Positions 1 through 13,346 of a DNA stretch of 64,000 nt are shown one piece after another. A program made the position numbers and the translations under genes. The notes beneath the pieces were generated by a model. It did no database searches. It was given only the letters and a program-made list of their open reading frames with translations, and was not told the origin of the DNA. Position 1 is the first letter of the stretch. Each line of letters opens with the position of its first letter. Source of the stretch: Microbotryum violaceum (Eukaryota); NCBI GenBank assembly GCA_001244265.2, contig CDLV01000019.1, positions 186,001 through 250,000 on the forward strand. The letters run 5' to 3'.

Positions 1-24
1 TTGGCAATCCACACGCTCCATACA

Positions 25-1489
25 CTAACTAGAGCCCAGTTGCATCGTGCGCGCACTCAAGACTCTCTTGGCCTCCGCTCGAACCTCGCTGTCGGGGGAT
101 AACATGCGCCAGATTGGAAGGGCGATCTACAGCAAATTAGTCGAAGACAAAGGAATGCCCGATCAGCTTTTCGATTATCTGCTGCGGCCAATTGATACAA
201 GCCTACCGTGCCGGCAATACCCCACAGCGTATCAATTAGTGCATTGTTCCGCGGGGTGATGCCCCGACTATTTCGCAGCATGTGCCCCACAGGCTCATAC
301 GTGATGTAAAAGTCGTTTCGTTCCAAGCCTGATCATATGAGAGAGCAGGCGGTAAGAGATCACTAACAGATGGAGAGCCGGGCAGCTATAATCCCGGCGC
401 GTTGCTTACCTCGAACCATGTGCGCCGCTACCACCTCGGGAGTCTGGCCCTCGTCAGGTCCCTCGATGAGGCGGGTGATGGCGGGTTTGAGTTTCTGCTC
501 CTCGACAAAGCCGGGTGACAGGATCGTTGCAGGCAGGAACAGATGTACTGAAATGCCATAAATCTGAAGTTCGTTCCGAAGGCTCTCCGCCAGTCCTGAA
601 CGCAAGACGGATCAACAACACATGAACGACGGCGGTGGAATCTGGCAAAAAGTAGCGCGGGGGTCGTACCCCTAATTGCGTACTTGCTTGGCGTGTAAGA
701 CGAGTAGCCTGCAAACCCCATCATAGCCAAGATACTGGCTGTCAATACGATTTGTCCCGGTCTCCCTTCTTGTTGCATACGTCGCGTGGCCTCATGAATC
801 GTGCAAAGTGCGGTCTTGAAGTTCCACTGCAAGCATTGCCAGTGTCGCTCGGCATCGAGGTCGGCAAAGAGCCCGGGGACCGCCCCGCCAGCGCAAGCAA
901 AGACAAAGTCTGGCGCCGATCCAAACGTTCCACACGCCAGATTGAGGGCCGCTGCGGCATCGTCGGCCAAAGTGAGGTCGCACGCGTAAGAGGCGATGTG
1001 CTGGCTCGGTGATTGGCGGTGGGTCTGGGTTGATTGGTGGTGCATACCAATGAACTCAGCACTCGCGGCGGCAAAAGCTACAAGCCGGGCCATACGCTCA
1101 GCAACCAGCCCATTGTCTGAAAACCCACCTCTATGCGTGGAATGGCCGCATCTAACTTTGCTTTGCTTCTCGAGACGATCGAGACGTGGGCGCCGCGCTC
1201 CACAAGCAAGCAGGCGAGCGCAAGTCCGAGTCCTTCGGAGCCTCCGCCAATGTAGCAGTGCTAGATGCGTGGGGGACACCAGTGGAAATGCATCAGTTTC
1301 CTACATGTCACTCTGGCCCCCTTTGTGCTCGCTCGCACAGCCTCAAAGGCGACGCACCTTGCCGGAGAAGTCAATCCGACGACGCCAGAGGAAGCTCATG
1401 AGCGCCACGATCGAGACGAGCAGGGCAAATGTGGCGGTGATGTAAGGGATGGCGTTTGAGCTGGGGATCCAAGTATACGCCGATGACAT
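25..1489 (-). CDS. TSC10: 3-ketodihydrosphingosine (3-dehydrosphinganine) reductase, SDR family, multi-exon
   Basis: Spliced reading gives an N-terminal TM segment (MSSAYTWIPSSNAIPYITATFALLVSIVALMSFLW) and the Rossmann motif GK|HCYIGGGSEGLG. It continues with FACAGG, the catalytic YxxxK (YSSYTPSKYAIRG) and PATILSPGFVEE. GT-AG introns join the ORF pieces; stop TAG at 25-27. Confidence 0.85.
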
Positions 1490-1613
1490 CACTATCCGAT
1501 GATGCAGCGGTGGAGAACAACCGATGACTGAAGGTTGAACAAGGCTTGGGATTAGCTTGATCCACGAGTGTACTCGAGGGGTCAGACACGTTGGAGGGCC
1601 ATTGCCCCAAAGG

Positions 1614-4600
1614 AGGACCCCAAAAGCCCAGCCTGAGGCGCGTAGGTGCACATGCAAGAGACGGGGCACCGATCACTATCATGACGGACCATCTGGGAAC
1701 GGCGCGCCTCATCAAGGAGTGGCAGACGCACCCAGAGCGGGAGATATCGAGGAAAATACCCAGTCTCTCGTATCACTCGTGGCTCCGAAGGTTGGTGTTG
1801 GCCACGTCAATGCTTACTGTACACCAAGATAGTGGAGAAAAGGCTGACACAGGTACAATTTGGAAAATTAGCCGACACAACATGGAAGAAAATTCGCCTA
1901 TTACAGTTAACAGGGATGAAACTGGCAATCTACCCCTACAGAAAAGCGAGATCGTCGTATGCTGCACTGGTGCAATGGCAACTTCGAAGCTCATCACTGC
2001 CACTACACATGCAAGCGCGAAACTTACGGCTGCCGTAGGGCACAACTTGCCAAAAAAGAAAAGTGTGTCTGCAAGGACCAAAGTAACGTTGGCTCCCTTC
2101 TGATTTCAATCAGCATTGATTGAAATTAGTAGCTTTTTTGGCTGTGGTCCAGTGTAAGGCCAGCCCCTTCACAACTGGACTACACACAGAGCTCCCTTGC
2201 GCCTTAAATGGCTCGCTTCTGATTCCGCATCCATTGAATTTGTGCGCTTTTTTGGCTGTGTAGTCCAGCTGTGAGGGGCTAGCAAAAAACCTAACAATTT
2301 CAATCGATGCTGATTGAAATCAGAAGGGAGCCAGCGTTACTTTGGTCCTTGCAGACACACTTTTCTTTTTTGGCAAGTTGTGCCCTACGGCAGCCGTAAG
2401 TTTCGCGCTTGCATGTGTAAAATCCGCCAGAATCCCGGATTTTGGACCTCATTTGTCCACCAATTTTGGGATTTTTTGGCCAGAAAGGTCCCCAGAATGT
2501 CCAGTCCATCTACGCGCGTCCAAAGATAGCTCTAGAATTGCTTCAAATGCTCTAAAACATCTTCAAAAATCGCGAAAACGCCGTCCGGACGTTTTTCGCC
2601 CGGACCGAATCGCCGGAGCCCGCGCGCGCGTCAGCCGTTTCAGTTCTGCTTCGCCGAAGGCTCCTCACCTGCACTTATTGCCTACCTCTTCGACTATGAT
2701 TTAACGTGGCCATGGTATACATGTAACGTACCAAGAGAGGTAAGATCGATTGCAGTCACTCTGCGAAGCAGTAAGCTAGCTACGGTGAGATGTACGAACC
2801 AAGTCCAATCGACAGTTGTTCTTCTCCTATGTTGCTGGCGTCACAACTGACAGGTATCATGCCTCGTTTCAATACAGAGCAGACAAGAGAGCCGATCTTC
2901 AAAGGCGTAGCTGACGTGACGTTTCCGTCGATCGACCCAAACGGTGGGATCTTGGGCGGATGCCGTGTATTGCCTTGCTCGCAATTGCATCCGTACCTGG
3001 GCAAGAATGAACATTATTGATGAGCACTCTCTGGGCCATATGTGCGGAGCCCACAATTGCAGCTCACTTCTTTATGTCCGTCTTCGATGTATCCTATGTT
3101 TTCTGTCTTGTTTGCGGTCGAAAAGCGACTGAAGGTCCCTTGTCCTGTCCAACGAAAGGACCTCGCAACTCCTGACATGGCTTCGAGACGGGCTGCACCC
3201 ATTGAATGCACGAAGCCTCGGAGGACACTGGAGTGCATTTCACCGTGCTCGGACAATTTTGCTTTTGATGTGGGATCGGATACTTGGGAAGTCGAGGTGG
3301 TGGCGCCGTGCCTTCCCTTGAGTAGGACAACTCTGAGATGGAAGCATGGATGTGCCCGACGGTGCTGGATCAAGCTTTTCAGATCGAGCGCAAGCTGACA
3401 AGATTCGTGATGCAGAAGGGATGGGAGTCGAATAATCTGAACCTGTGAAAGAATGCTGGATCCATTTAGTGTTGCTACACGAAACCAATTGCTCAAATGA
3501 ACCTACACGACCCGGCAAGCTTTCATTTGCTGTCACAATGGCGTCGAGCAGGAAGTATTCCTCTGCTTGAGCATCGGCCTCGTTATAGGCCTGCTGAACG
3601 GCAAGCCTAGAATTGGAAGAGATGAGTTATCAGCTCAGAGGAGGCTGGTACAGGTCTCATGGCACTCAACTTACGGTGCAGCATCATTGTTAAGGCCAAG
3701 AGCAGCTAAAGAGCGAACAGCGTTTTCAACTGACTTCCACTCTTTCGGGTCCAGCACGACGAGACCTTTCTTCAAGCCACGTTGTTCCTAGGAAAAGCAC
3801 GAAAAATAATCCCAATCAATCACGCCATCGAACAGACAAACAATTCGGCTGCCTACCAACGAAATCGAGCAGCGTGTGCAAGGACGCGCTACACCCGAGA
3901 ATCCTTGAAGAGGTAGGTATATTGCTCCTCAATGAGCAATGGCGGCAGCACCTCCAGAGCCTTAACGATGAGAGGCTCGATGTCGACACCCAGATAAGTT
4001 TCCATCCACTTTTGGCTACTGATAACGATCGAACGCATGCGCTCGGTGTAATCTATATGCCGCCAGATCCTTCGACAGCGAAAGGCAGCCGGTGCCCAGC
4101 GATAGCAATTGACCGGTAACCTTGCTCACGCGCCGCAGTAATTGCTCCACGATCCTTGAACTTGTCCGTCCAAGCATCGAGCGGCCTAGGAAGAGTATCA
4201 CACTCGAGAGGCTCGTCTGTCGACCACGAAAGCTGTATCTGGGTTATCTGGGTGTCTGCAGTGGGTTGTCGAAGCGGAAGGCGAGAAGCTCAAGACACCC
4301 TCACGTCCAAGAAGGGTGCCATTCACTCATAATCATTGTCAAGGAGATCGATATTCGGATCGTTTAGATACATTTCGTCGAAGCTGGCTGAAGCGAGAAT
4401 GTAGGATAATGACGATGATGGCACAGACGACGCGACGCGGCGGAGGCAAGAGACGGCGCACTCAGACGAGACGGCTCGGTCAACCAACCAAGAGGCCTAT
4501 AATTGCAAAATCGAGTCATTAGAGCCCTTGTGAATTCGGTACCGGCCAGAGTGTTTCGCGCGCGCTCCGCACGTTCTTGAGGGTCGGCAAACTCTGGCGT

Positions 4601-4789
4601 ACCAAGCCGAACGTGGCTGAAATGGGCCCAAATTTGTCCACTGGCACCTACAGGCCTAGGACCCCACCCGCACCGGCGCACCTGGTTTGTCCACCCCCGA
4701 CTACGCGCCTTCGCGATTTTGGCCCATCTGAGGCCCACAATTTGTCCAGTCGGGCACTACGCGCCTCAGGCCGGGCTTTCGGGGGTCCT
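1614..4789. mobile_element. Internally deleted copy of the AGGACCC-TIR (P-like) DNA transposon
   Basis: Termini AGGACCCCAAAAGCCCAGCCTGAGGCGCGTAG ... CTACGCGCCTCAGGCCGGGCTTTCGGGGGTCCT. Interior is colinear with 30973-37466 (2697-3765 matches 31620-32690; 3773-4789 matches 36458-37466) but lacks the catalytic core. No matching TSD. Confidence 0.9.
2006..2417. mobile_element. Fold-back MITE flanked by TA (Tc1/mariner-type target)
   Basis: TA|CACATGCAAGCGCGAAACTTACGG ... CCGTAAGTTTCGCGCTTGCATGTG|TA with arms longer than 120 bp and inner inverted repeats. Second copy at 51240-51575. Confidence 0.85.
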
Positions 4790-4884
4790 GCCAGCCTGCG
4801 CCAGCTCGCGCCTCGGGTAGCGTCGCTCTTCCCACCGCCTCTTCCTGCTTCTTCCTACCCGCGCGCAGTAAGACGGGCTGGGCT

Positions 4885-4944
4885 TAAGCTCGACGCCCTT
4901 TGCTGGGCTGTTCGTTACACCCTTTGGGAGGGGCGTCGAGCTTA
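4885..4944. mobile_element. 60-bp mini TIR element or footprint with 9-bp target duplication
   Basis: 14-bp perfect inverted repeat TAAGCTCGACGCCC/GGGCGTCGAGCTTA, flanked by direct repeats GGCTGGGCT at 4876-4884 and 4945-4953. Confidence 0.6.
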
Positions 4945-5159
4945 GGCTGGGCTGTTCGTTCCAGAGCGCTCAAAGTCGGCCGATCGACTAGCTTTTGACT
5001 TCGCTCACGACCAGATGTTTAGAAAGAAAAGTTTAGATAAAGGACGATAACAGCAGAAGATGTAAAATGCAGGATGCGGGGTGGAAGACGAGAAATGGTA
5101 AAGTTGACTGAAAAATGATGAGGCACAGCGAAGTTGGTTCTACACAAGGGACGCCTTGT

Positions 5160-7040
5160 CTATTCAAAGAGGGACTGGGTTAAACCGCCATTCAAAGGGA
5201 GAACCTCGGGCTTGAAAGTGGGGTAGTCCTTGAGGGTGTCCAGCTTCGACCCGCGGTGCGCAGGATCACCTTTGATGGCCACCGTAGCACGAGCGGAGGA
5301 GCCCATATCAGCAGTCTTGCCAGCCACACCATCACCGCCGTATCTCTTTATGTCTTCGATGATTTGAGAATACTTCTTGAGCGCCTCTACTTCATAGCCA
5401 CCTTCGATGCAGCCGACACGCAATCGGGCAAGTACGTTGCCAGCGGCATTGCTGTGGTCGTAGTACCCGCCGTAGAACGCGGTAGTGGCGTCGCGACCAA
5501 GACGACTTTTGATCAGGCCTCGTCCACCGGGATGGTCATCCATAAACTGCGAAACGTCATGAATGAAGCCGCCAATGACGAGCAAATCGCGCGATTTGGC
5601 CTCTTCCTGGAATGATTCCCACGTAAGAACGGGAAGATCGTTGGAGCTCTTGGGCCAAGGGAGATTCGACGCGGAGGCAGCAAGTTTCTTCAGCTTCATG
5701 TTGAATTGACCCCGCGCGAGTTCCGAATCGGGGAATGTTTGAAGATTTGACGCCAGACCAAGCTTGTACATGGTGAAGATAAACCACTTAGTCGGATCGT
5801 ACTGGTACCATTTGATGGCATTGCGGAAGTCCGAGGGAAACTCGTGGTGGAAGTTGTGGTATCCCTCGCCGACGGTGACGAGCGCAGTGAGGAAGTGGTC
5901 CTTGGGCGTGTGCTTGTCATCAAAAGGAGTTTCGCCAAGCCAATGCGCCAAGGAGTTGACGCAGAAGGTCGAGTGATGGACGAAGGTAAGTCGAGCCGCA
6001 CCCGCAAAGAAGTAGCCTCCGCGCCAGTCTCCCCAACCCAGTCCGGCCACCACAGTGGGGAAGACAAAGCCCATGCCGACAATGAGGGGGAGGTAAAACC
6101 GATGCTGCCACTTGACGACTTCGTTCGACGACAAATCAGAAACGTCGGCGGTTCCCGGTGCACGGCGAGGCTTGAGGACCATCCAAAGCAAGTGGGCGTG
6201 AAGGAAGCCCTTCTGCGCGGAGTACGGGTCCAGGTCGGTGTCGGTGTAGCGATGATGCGCGCGGTGGCCACGTGCCCACCATTTGATTGAACCTTCGACA
6301 GCACCCGAGCCACCAAGCGCCAAAAAGTACTGCAGCGGCCTCGAGGCAGTGTAAGATCGGTGCGCCCAGAGTCGATGATAGCCCGCGGTAATGCCTTAGG
6401 TAAACGCCAGCATCCAAGCGTAAGCGGGAAGGCTGCTTTTAGGCACGAAGCTTTCGGGAAGACGTCTCAGAATCGCGAGGAAAATAGAACTTACCAAGGC
6501 CGGTGAAGAAGTAGTAAACAACAGACCATACCATCGTTTGCCACTTAATCTCCGTCGTAAAGGCACCGTAGACGGCCAGGAGCGGCACTAGTGTCAACGC
6601 GAGAGTCGAAACGACTTGGATGTTCTGTGGCAAAGTCTTGAGCGTGATGGGCGGCAGAGGTCGTTCCTTGGCGAGAACCTTGCGGACATAGTTGTCCTCA
6701 GCGTACCCGTCGTCGACGGCAGTCGTTTCGCCGTCGCTGTCGGTACCATGGTCCGAGTCCGAGTCGGAAGCTTCACCCTTATCTGCGTGGATGGAAGCAG
6801 CGGTGCCGGGACAGGCAGGTAGGCGTCAGAAACGCAAATTTCGCGGGAACACGTTCAAAGAAAAGGAGCACAACTATTGACAGCGGCTGCATGCGGTGAG
6901 TGAAAAGGCACGGCAAGCTTACCTGGGTGGCGCATGCGAAGCGGGGCTGTCGAGCGCGCGGTGGTCGAAGCACTAACCTGACCGTCGCCATGGGGCAGCG
7001 AGGCGGCAAGCTTGTGACTAGCAGAGGCCGTGACGGACAT
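5160..7040 (-). CDS. OLE1: Delta-9 acyl-CoA desaturase with C-terminal cytochrome b5 domain
   Basis: His boxes HRLWAH, HRAHH and HNFHH; b5 HPGG motif. Introns at about 6783-6922 and 6395-6494 join MSVTASASHK...RHP|DKGEAS...FTGLG|ITAGYHRLWAHR. Confidence 0.97.
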
Positions 7041-8367
7041 GGTCGCAAGCGTCGGACTGACTGGGCAGATGAAACCAGGAATCCAAGGATTCGTAATTCG
7101 TGTAGTTGCGAGAAGGTCTGCGAGGCAAAAACTTGCGCAGTGGCGGCGGGTCGGCGCGAACCGAGTTGGGGACAGGGAAAAGTGAAAGGGTCACTCGGGT
7201 GATGAGGCGAGTAATGAGGTGATGAGACGAGCGCGAAGGGTGAATACAATACTTAGTACTCGAAAGTCTGCAAACACCACAAACAGTGATGAATGGCAGG
7301 GGAGCAAGGGAGAAAGATTGAAGGGGCATGTTCGCCGAAGACGTGGTCGATAGATTGTCCAACCGTCGGGCTACGCAGTCACCGACGGCCGTGGTTCCAG
7401 CGGGGAAAGGCCGGGGCTGCGATTGCAGTTGGGGACAGCCGCTCCGGCGACGCCACTTGCCGCCACCCGTCGCCGCTCCGCTCCGGCGCCACGGGCACAA
7501 GTCGGCCGTCGGGCAAAAGTCGGCGAGGCGCGCCCGTAATGCGTGCCGCAAACCGCTTACTAATCATTAGTACGCAATTAGCGCTCTACAAAATGGGGGG
7601 CTGCTTTTCCGACTCCGAACTCGGATCTCCGCAAATTGTTACGGCGATTGGCAATGAAAGTAATGAGGCACGTGCCCACATCTACGAGGTCGTCCTTGGC
7701 CCTTTACTCAGGCTTGAATTCCTACTTTAAAATCCCGGAGCGCGGTGAAATCAGGTCTGAGAAAGCCTGAGAGTGGGCGCGGGCAGTCTGCAAAGTAGGC
7801 AGCCCGAGTGCCGAGCCGGAGCACGATACGTGCCTCAAGTCTCTAATCCGTCTCAAGTTTACAACAGCTTTATTGATCCATCAGTGGTTCGATCACCGTG
7901 TGTAAGCTCTCCGAGATTGCTGTCTACATTTCACTACCATTGCAGGAGCCAGCAAGGAAAACAGGAGCCCCCGAGGGCATGAGTGGTGATTATGACCCTG
8001 GAAGCTGTTGGCAACGTTGGCAGCTCACCGCGGCGGTCGCCTTCCGGCTTGCCGCTTGGCTCACCCCACATGCCACCCCAACGAGTCGGCTCTGTAACTC
8101 AGACGCGGCAGCTTTTATCATTGGCTCATTGATGTGTGCACAAGTCATGACTCGGAGTCCTGCAAAATCAGACAGGACCTGGCCAACTCCAGCAATAGCA
8201 AGGTAGCCTGATAGCATTATTCCTGGTCGAAGACACCGGTGCGATCGATCCGCTTCATCATACGTATAAAAAGGTCTTCGAACGGTAAGCGTTTAGGGGC
8301 GTGAGGCTGCCAGGGACTTAATTTCGCACGCCGATTTGGCCGACTTGAAAAAGGAAACTCCTATTGG

Positions 8368-9796
8368 ATGGACAACAACAACAACACCAACAACGCCAGC
8401 CATGCTGCTATACCACCTCTTCGCCCTGACCCTCCCGATCCTCCCGGCCAAGCCCCCGCCACCACTACCAAATCATACTCCGCCGCGGTCGGCGCCCGCT
8501 CCGCTGCGAAGCACGGAAACGCCACCGCCAACGCCTCGACTGCCGTCGCCGCCCATCCACTGATGCACAACATCGAGAATTGTGTCATCATCAACACCCC
8601 ACCCTCAACCTCGGTCGAGCAAGTCCTCCTCGCGCTTGACAAATACTACCCTGGCCTTACCGGCGCAATGCCATGCGTCATCAAGGGTCAGCGCGGCCTC
8701 CGCTTTCCCAAGGCCGCCGATCTCGACACCCTGGTGGCCAACGGCCTCACTGTTGGCAAGACTCTGTGCAAAGTCGAGAAGCTGTACAGCTCTACTAGAG
8801 GAGGTGTTGTACAATGCACCCTTACGGGCTTTTTCTCCGACCCGAGGGCCTCTGCCTATTCGATGAGCAGATCGCTGCCTATGGCACGGTCCTCCGTCGT
8901 CGCATCCAATACATTGGAAAGACGAAACACATCTCTGGGGTGTACGAATTTATCCTTGCCCTTAAGGATGTAGATGTTCTGCCCCCTGCCTCACTTTCTA
9001 TTGCTCGTGACGGTGTCACTGAGCGAATCCCACTGAGGATCACCGGTGGCATGCGCCACTGCGTCTTCTGCCGTTCCGCGGCTCACGTCCGTAAGGATTG
9101 CCCGGTCGCCCCGGCGTGCAAGTCCTGCGCGAGCACCTCGCACGCCACCCAGAACTGCCCGGCCCGTCATGCGTCGAGCCCGGACCCCCCACGTCACGTG
9201 CCCCGCAAGCCTCCACCGTTACCACCGCCGCCCCCGCCGCCGTGTCCAAGTCGATCTCCCCGGCCTCCGCCCACGACCGCACGACCAAAAAACGTCGAGT
9301 GGAACAGGATCTGGCTGCCCAGACTGAAGATCTGTCCAACAGAGCTCAGCCCGATTCTCTGTCGAAGAATGCCCGCCTCGAGTTCTCCTTCAATTTCCCT
9401 TGCAAAACTGCCACTCCTCCTGCCCCCCAGCCTGCCTCCAATCAGGGAATTGCCTACTCCCTCGTTGAAAAATCCTCCGAGTCCCCCAGCTCAGAGACCA
9501 CCTCTCCATCCCCAAGCCCTCCTCCGGCCACGCCAAAGTCGATCATAACTCGATCCAAGTCGATTGCCGCCCTCTCCAAGCCAGCCACTCGTGAAGCCCC
9601 TCCCACTGCGCCTGCCCTCGAAGCCTCCGAGCCGAGCCCCGAGCCGTCTTCGCCCACGCCGTTGCCCTCAGCCGCGCCCAAAGCCCGACCCGATGACGCC
9701 GACACCGACGACGAGGCCGACGAAGAAGCCGAAGACCAAGAAGCACCTCCTAAGGACGTGGAAGACGCTATGGACCAAGATGATGAGCACAACTAA
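8368..9796 (+). pseudogene. LINE ORF1 (gag-like, two CCHC zinc knuckles), frameshifted
   Basis: CVFCRSAAHVRKDC and CKSCASTSHATQNC; split over ORFs 8368, 8814 and 9098; acidic C-terminus. Confidence 0.85.
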
Positions 9797-12700
9797 AATC
9801 CCAAACGTGTCTTTTGTTGCTGCCAACCTGCAGTCAATCAATGAAGACCGTAAGCGTGCCTCTCTTTTCTCCAATCTCCGCTCCCATAACGCCGACGTCT
9901 TTCTCCTGAGCGAAACTGGCCGACCTTCCCCGAAAGGGTGGCCCAGTGGACTCAGGAGTGCCAAGACTTAAAGCTCTCCGCTCTTTTCACTCCTTTCAAC
10001 AATACTGCCATACTTTGGAAGAGCGACTCCGTGGTCATTACTTTTGATCCCGAGTCGCCTCCAAACACTCTTCGTGCCTCTTTCTCTTTCCCGGACCGAG
10101 TCACCGACGCCACCTTTTGTGTGGGTGATTCAAAAGTCCGGGTTGTATCAATATACGCGCCTTCCTCCGACAAGCCAGACAAAAAACGCTTCCTCTCACA
10201 CCTCAGCACCGCCCTCCGACAAGTTGTACGTGACGAACCCTCGCCGCCTGCGCTCCTAGTCGGGAGGGACTGGAATTGTGTTGAGTCCCAGCCCCTCGAT
10301 TCGGAGAACCAAAACGGAACGAATTATGGGGGTCAGGAGATGCGCGACCTTGCCACGGCCAACAATCTTTTCGACGCCTATCGGCTCCATCATCCCAAAG
10401 GACGAGCCACGACGAATCGCTCAGCGCCCGGCACGTGCCGTCGCCTTGACCGCATCTATGTCTCGCCTGATTGGGTCGACCTCTTCCATGATCACAAAAT
10501 TTGGGCTCCTGTCCTCAAATCGACGCACTCAATGGTTGTGGCACGGTTCCAACTGCCGGGCGCAATCGACATCGGTCCGGGCAAATTCAAGCTGGGTTTG
10601 CACGTGATCGAGGGCGACGCGACCTGCGAGTACCTCACCTCCATTGTCCGCACCCTTTACAACAAAGCCCTCCTCCAGACGCCCAACGATCCACCAGCAG
10701 CTTGGACGTCCACCAAACACCGCCTGCTGCCCGAGCTGCAGGCTCTGGCCCGGACTTTCGCTCGGTTCCGTCGTGGCGGGTCGGAGCAAGAGAGGGCTGA
10801 CCACTCGCGCTACGGCGCGGCCCTGCGGTCCCGCCTCGACCCATCTCTGGCGGGTCCCTCTTCCATCTTCATCCGCCTGCGCAAGTGCGAGCATCCGACC
10901 TGATCCCTTCGCTCACGGTCAACGATGTTGTTCATTCCGACCCTGATTCGATGCTTGGAGCGGCCAGCGACTACTTCGAGCGGGTCTATGAGGACCGCCC
11001 CATCGATGACGCGGCCTTGAAGGCGATCATCGACGGCCTCGCTTCAACTCGCCTCTCCCCCGCGGACTCACTCAAGCTCGAGGAAGCGTACCCGTTGGAG
11101 GAGATGACAAAGGCTCGAGAGGCGTGTAAGTCGAACTCTTCGCCAGGGCCTGACGGCCTCCCGGTTGAGTTTTATCGCGCTACGTGGCCGGCCACTGGCC
11201 CGATTCTTCGAGACGTCATCAACTCGATCCCCACCGAGGCCCGTCAGCCTGGACCTCTTCCCCGCAACACCGCCCACATCCATCTCATCCACAAACGCGG
11301 CGAGAGGGATCAGCTTTCGAACAAACGCCCCATATCGCTCATCAATGCGGACGAGCGCATCATCTCGCAAGCCCACAACCAGCGCCTCGCTCCCTTGCTC
11401 GAGTCCCTGATCGGCCCAACCCAACGTGGCTTTGTTCCGAACCGTTGGATCGGCACGAACATCGCTGAGGTTAATGTCTCATGGACCCTGGACTTCCGGG
11501 CTCAACACCCGTGTCTGGCATGCTAGCGGTGATGGACTTTGAAAAGGCTTACGATCGTCTTTCCCACCCGTACCTTGATGCAGTCCTCTGCGCCGTTGGC
11601 CTCGGCCCCAAAGCCCGCCAATGGTACCGAGCGACCTACACCAACCAATCTGCCTCGATCTTCCTCAACGGTTGGCTCTCTGCCACTTTCGACATCCTGT
11701 CGGGCGTTCGGCAAGGTGATCCTTTGGCTCCGTCTCTCTTCGTCCTGGCGATCGAAGGTTTTGCCTGTCAGATTCGATTGAGAGTCAAGGGCATCGATAT
11801 TGCGGGCCTCCAAAACGTTCGCAAACTCCTTTTTTCCGACGACGCTTGCTGCGCACTCCACAACCTCTCGGACCTCGACCACCTCAATCGGGCGATCGAG
11901 CTTTACGAACGGGTAAGTGCCAGCAAGCTCAGCAACGTCAAATCTTTCCTCTACCCCCTTGGAGCTTTTCGGGATCGGTCGATCGCCCCAGATCTCGGGA
12001 CCTGGCGTCTCAGCGATTCGCAGTTTCGCTACCTTGGTATTCAGGTCGGGGTGGAGATCGCCGAGGATGCGGGCTGGGAAGATGTCAAGGCCTTGACCAT
12101 CGCTCGGATACGCTCGATTCCGATGTACGATCTCCCATATGCAGCCAAGTGTTCGATCATCAACATCTACTGCTACACAAAGATCTTGTACTACAGCCGA
12201 TTCCTTCCCCAAGAGCGTTGTCAAGGAGATCGAGGAGGCCGCCATGCTCGCCATTCACGGTCGAGCTTCGGATGGCACTCGGCGACGTCCGAAGGTCTCC
12301 TGGTCGCGCCTCTGCACCCCTCTTGATCACGGCGGCTTCGGTTTGATTGATCTGCCTCGGTGTCTAGCAATCGATCACGCGAAGTGGGTCTTCCAGCTCC
12401 GGGCCCCGGACGGCTGCTTCACACGCCACCTCTTCGACATCCGCATCCGCCTCCAGGCACCAAACGAACCAACCCCTTTCACCTTGTCCAGACCGACCCC
12501 CAACCAGCATCGTTGCCCTTGGATTTGGATCTGGTGGGCTTACTTTTGCCATCCTCCCCCAAAGTGGGACCATGCGGTGAGAAAGACGACAAAACTTCTT
12601 CCTGCTCGTTGGGTCCGATACTTCGAAGCCTGGGCGTTGGTGACCACGCTCAATCCCCCGGAACTCTCCAAGAGCCAGAACCTCGAGCAATGGGCGACGC

Positions 12701-13346
12701 ACATACTCTATTTCTCAGCGGGCCACGGAATACAACTCTCGGTAAACCCGACGCTTTTTCGAGGGCTCGATGGCGAGGTGATGACCCCGTCTTCGTTTGT
12801 GAACGCGTCCAAACGCCACCAAGTCTTCATCTTCCCCCTTATCTTCCCCAAGGGACACCAGAAGGTATTCGATCTGCCTGAGCAACGCTGGAACGCTTGG
12901 TGGAACGCTTTGCGCAAGGTTCGCCGGGTTCACTCGGACGCCGAGGATACCGGCCACCTTCTCTCCCTGGGGTCCCTCCATCCGGGAAGCCAAGTCGCCT
13001 CCCCAACCAGCCCACATCCCAACAATTGATCTACCTCCTGTGTGATGTGCCTCTCGGAAGCACCCGAGTGCCTGGTTCACCTCGCGGTCGGCTGCCCATT
13101 TGCCCGGCGCCTCTGGTCTGCTCTGTCCCCGACCCCCACCCAGTCTTTGTGGACTTTGTATGCCCGGTCGTGTCTCGCTCGGAACGTCGACTTGTCGAAC
13201 TACGAGTCCTCTTCTTTCACTCGATCCGGAAGCTCTGTCGCCGTCGTCGATTCTCGTCGGATCTTTTGGAACCGATCACCGAAACGTAGTTCGAGGGGCT
13301 TCGAGCCTCTATCCAGGAGTCCAAGGGTCGCCTAGTGTCTCTGTAA
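9780..13346 (+). pseudogene. LINE ORF2: APE endonuclease, reverse transcriptase and C-terminal zinc finger, with several frameshifts and stops
   Basis: APE motifs AANLQSIN, LSET, SIYAP, GRDWN, RLDRIY. RT motifs SPGPDG, RPISL, DFEKAYD, GVRQGDPLAP, LFSDD, YLG. Zinc finger CVMC...HLAVGC. Confidence 0.92.

Noticed and set aside
7558-7572. Palindrome TACTAATCATTAGTA upstream of OLE1
   Set aside because: A single 7-bp-arm palindrome can arise by chance; no factor can be assigned without conservation data.
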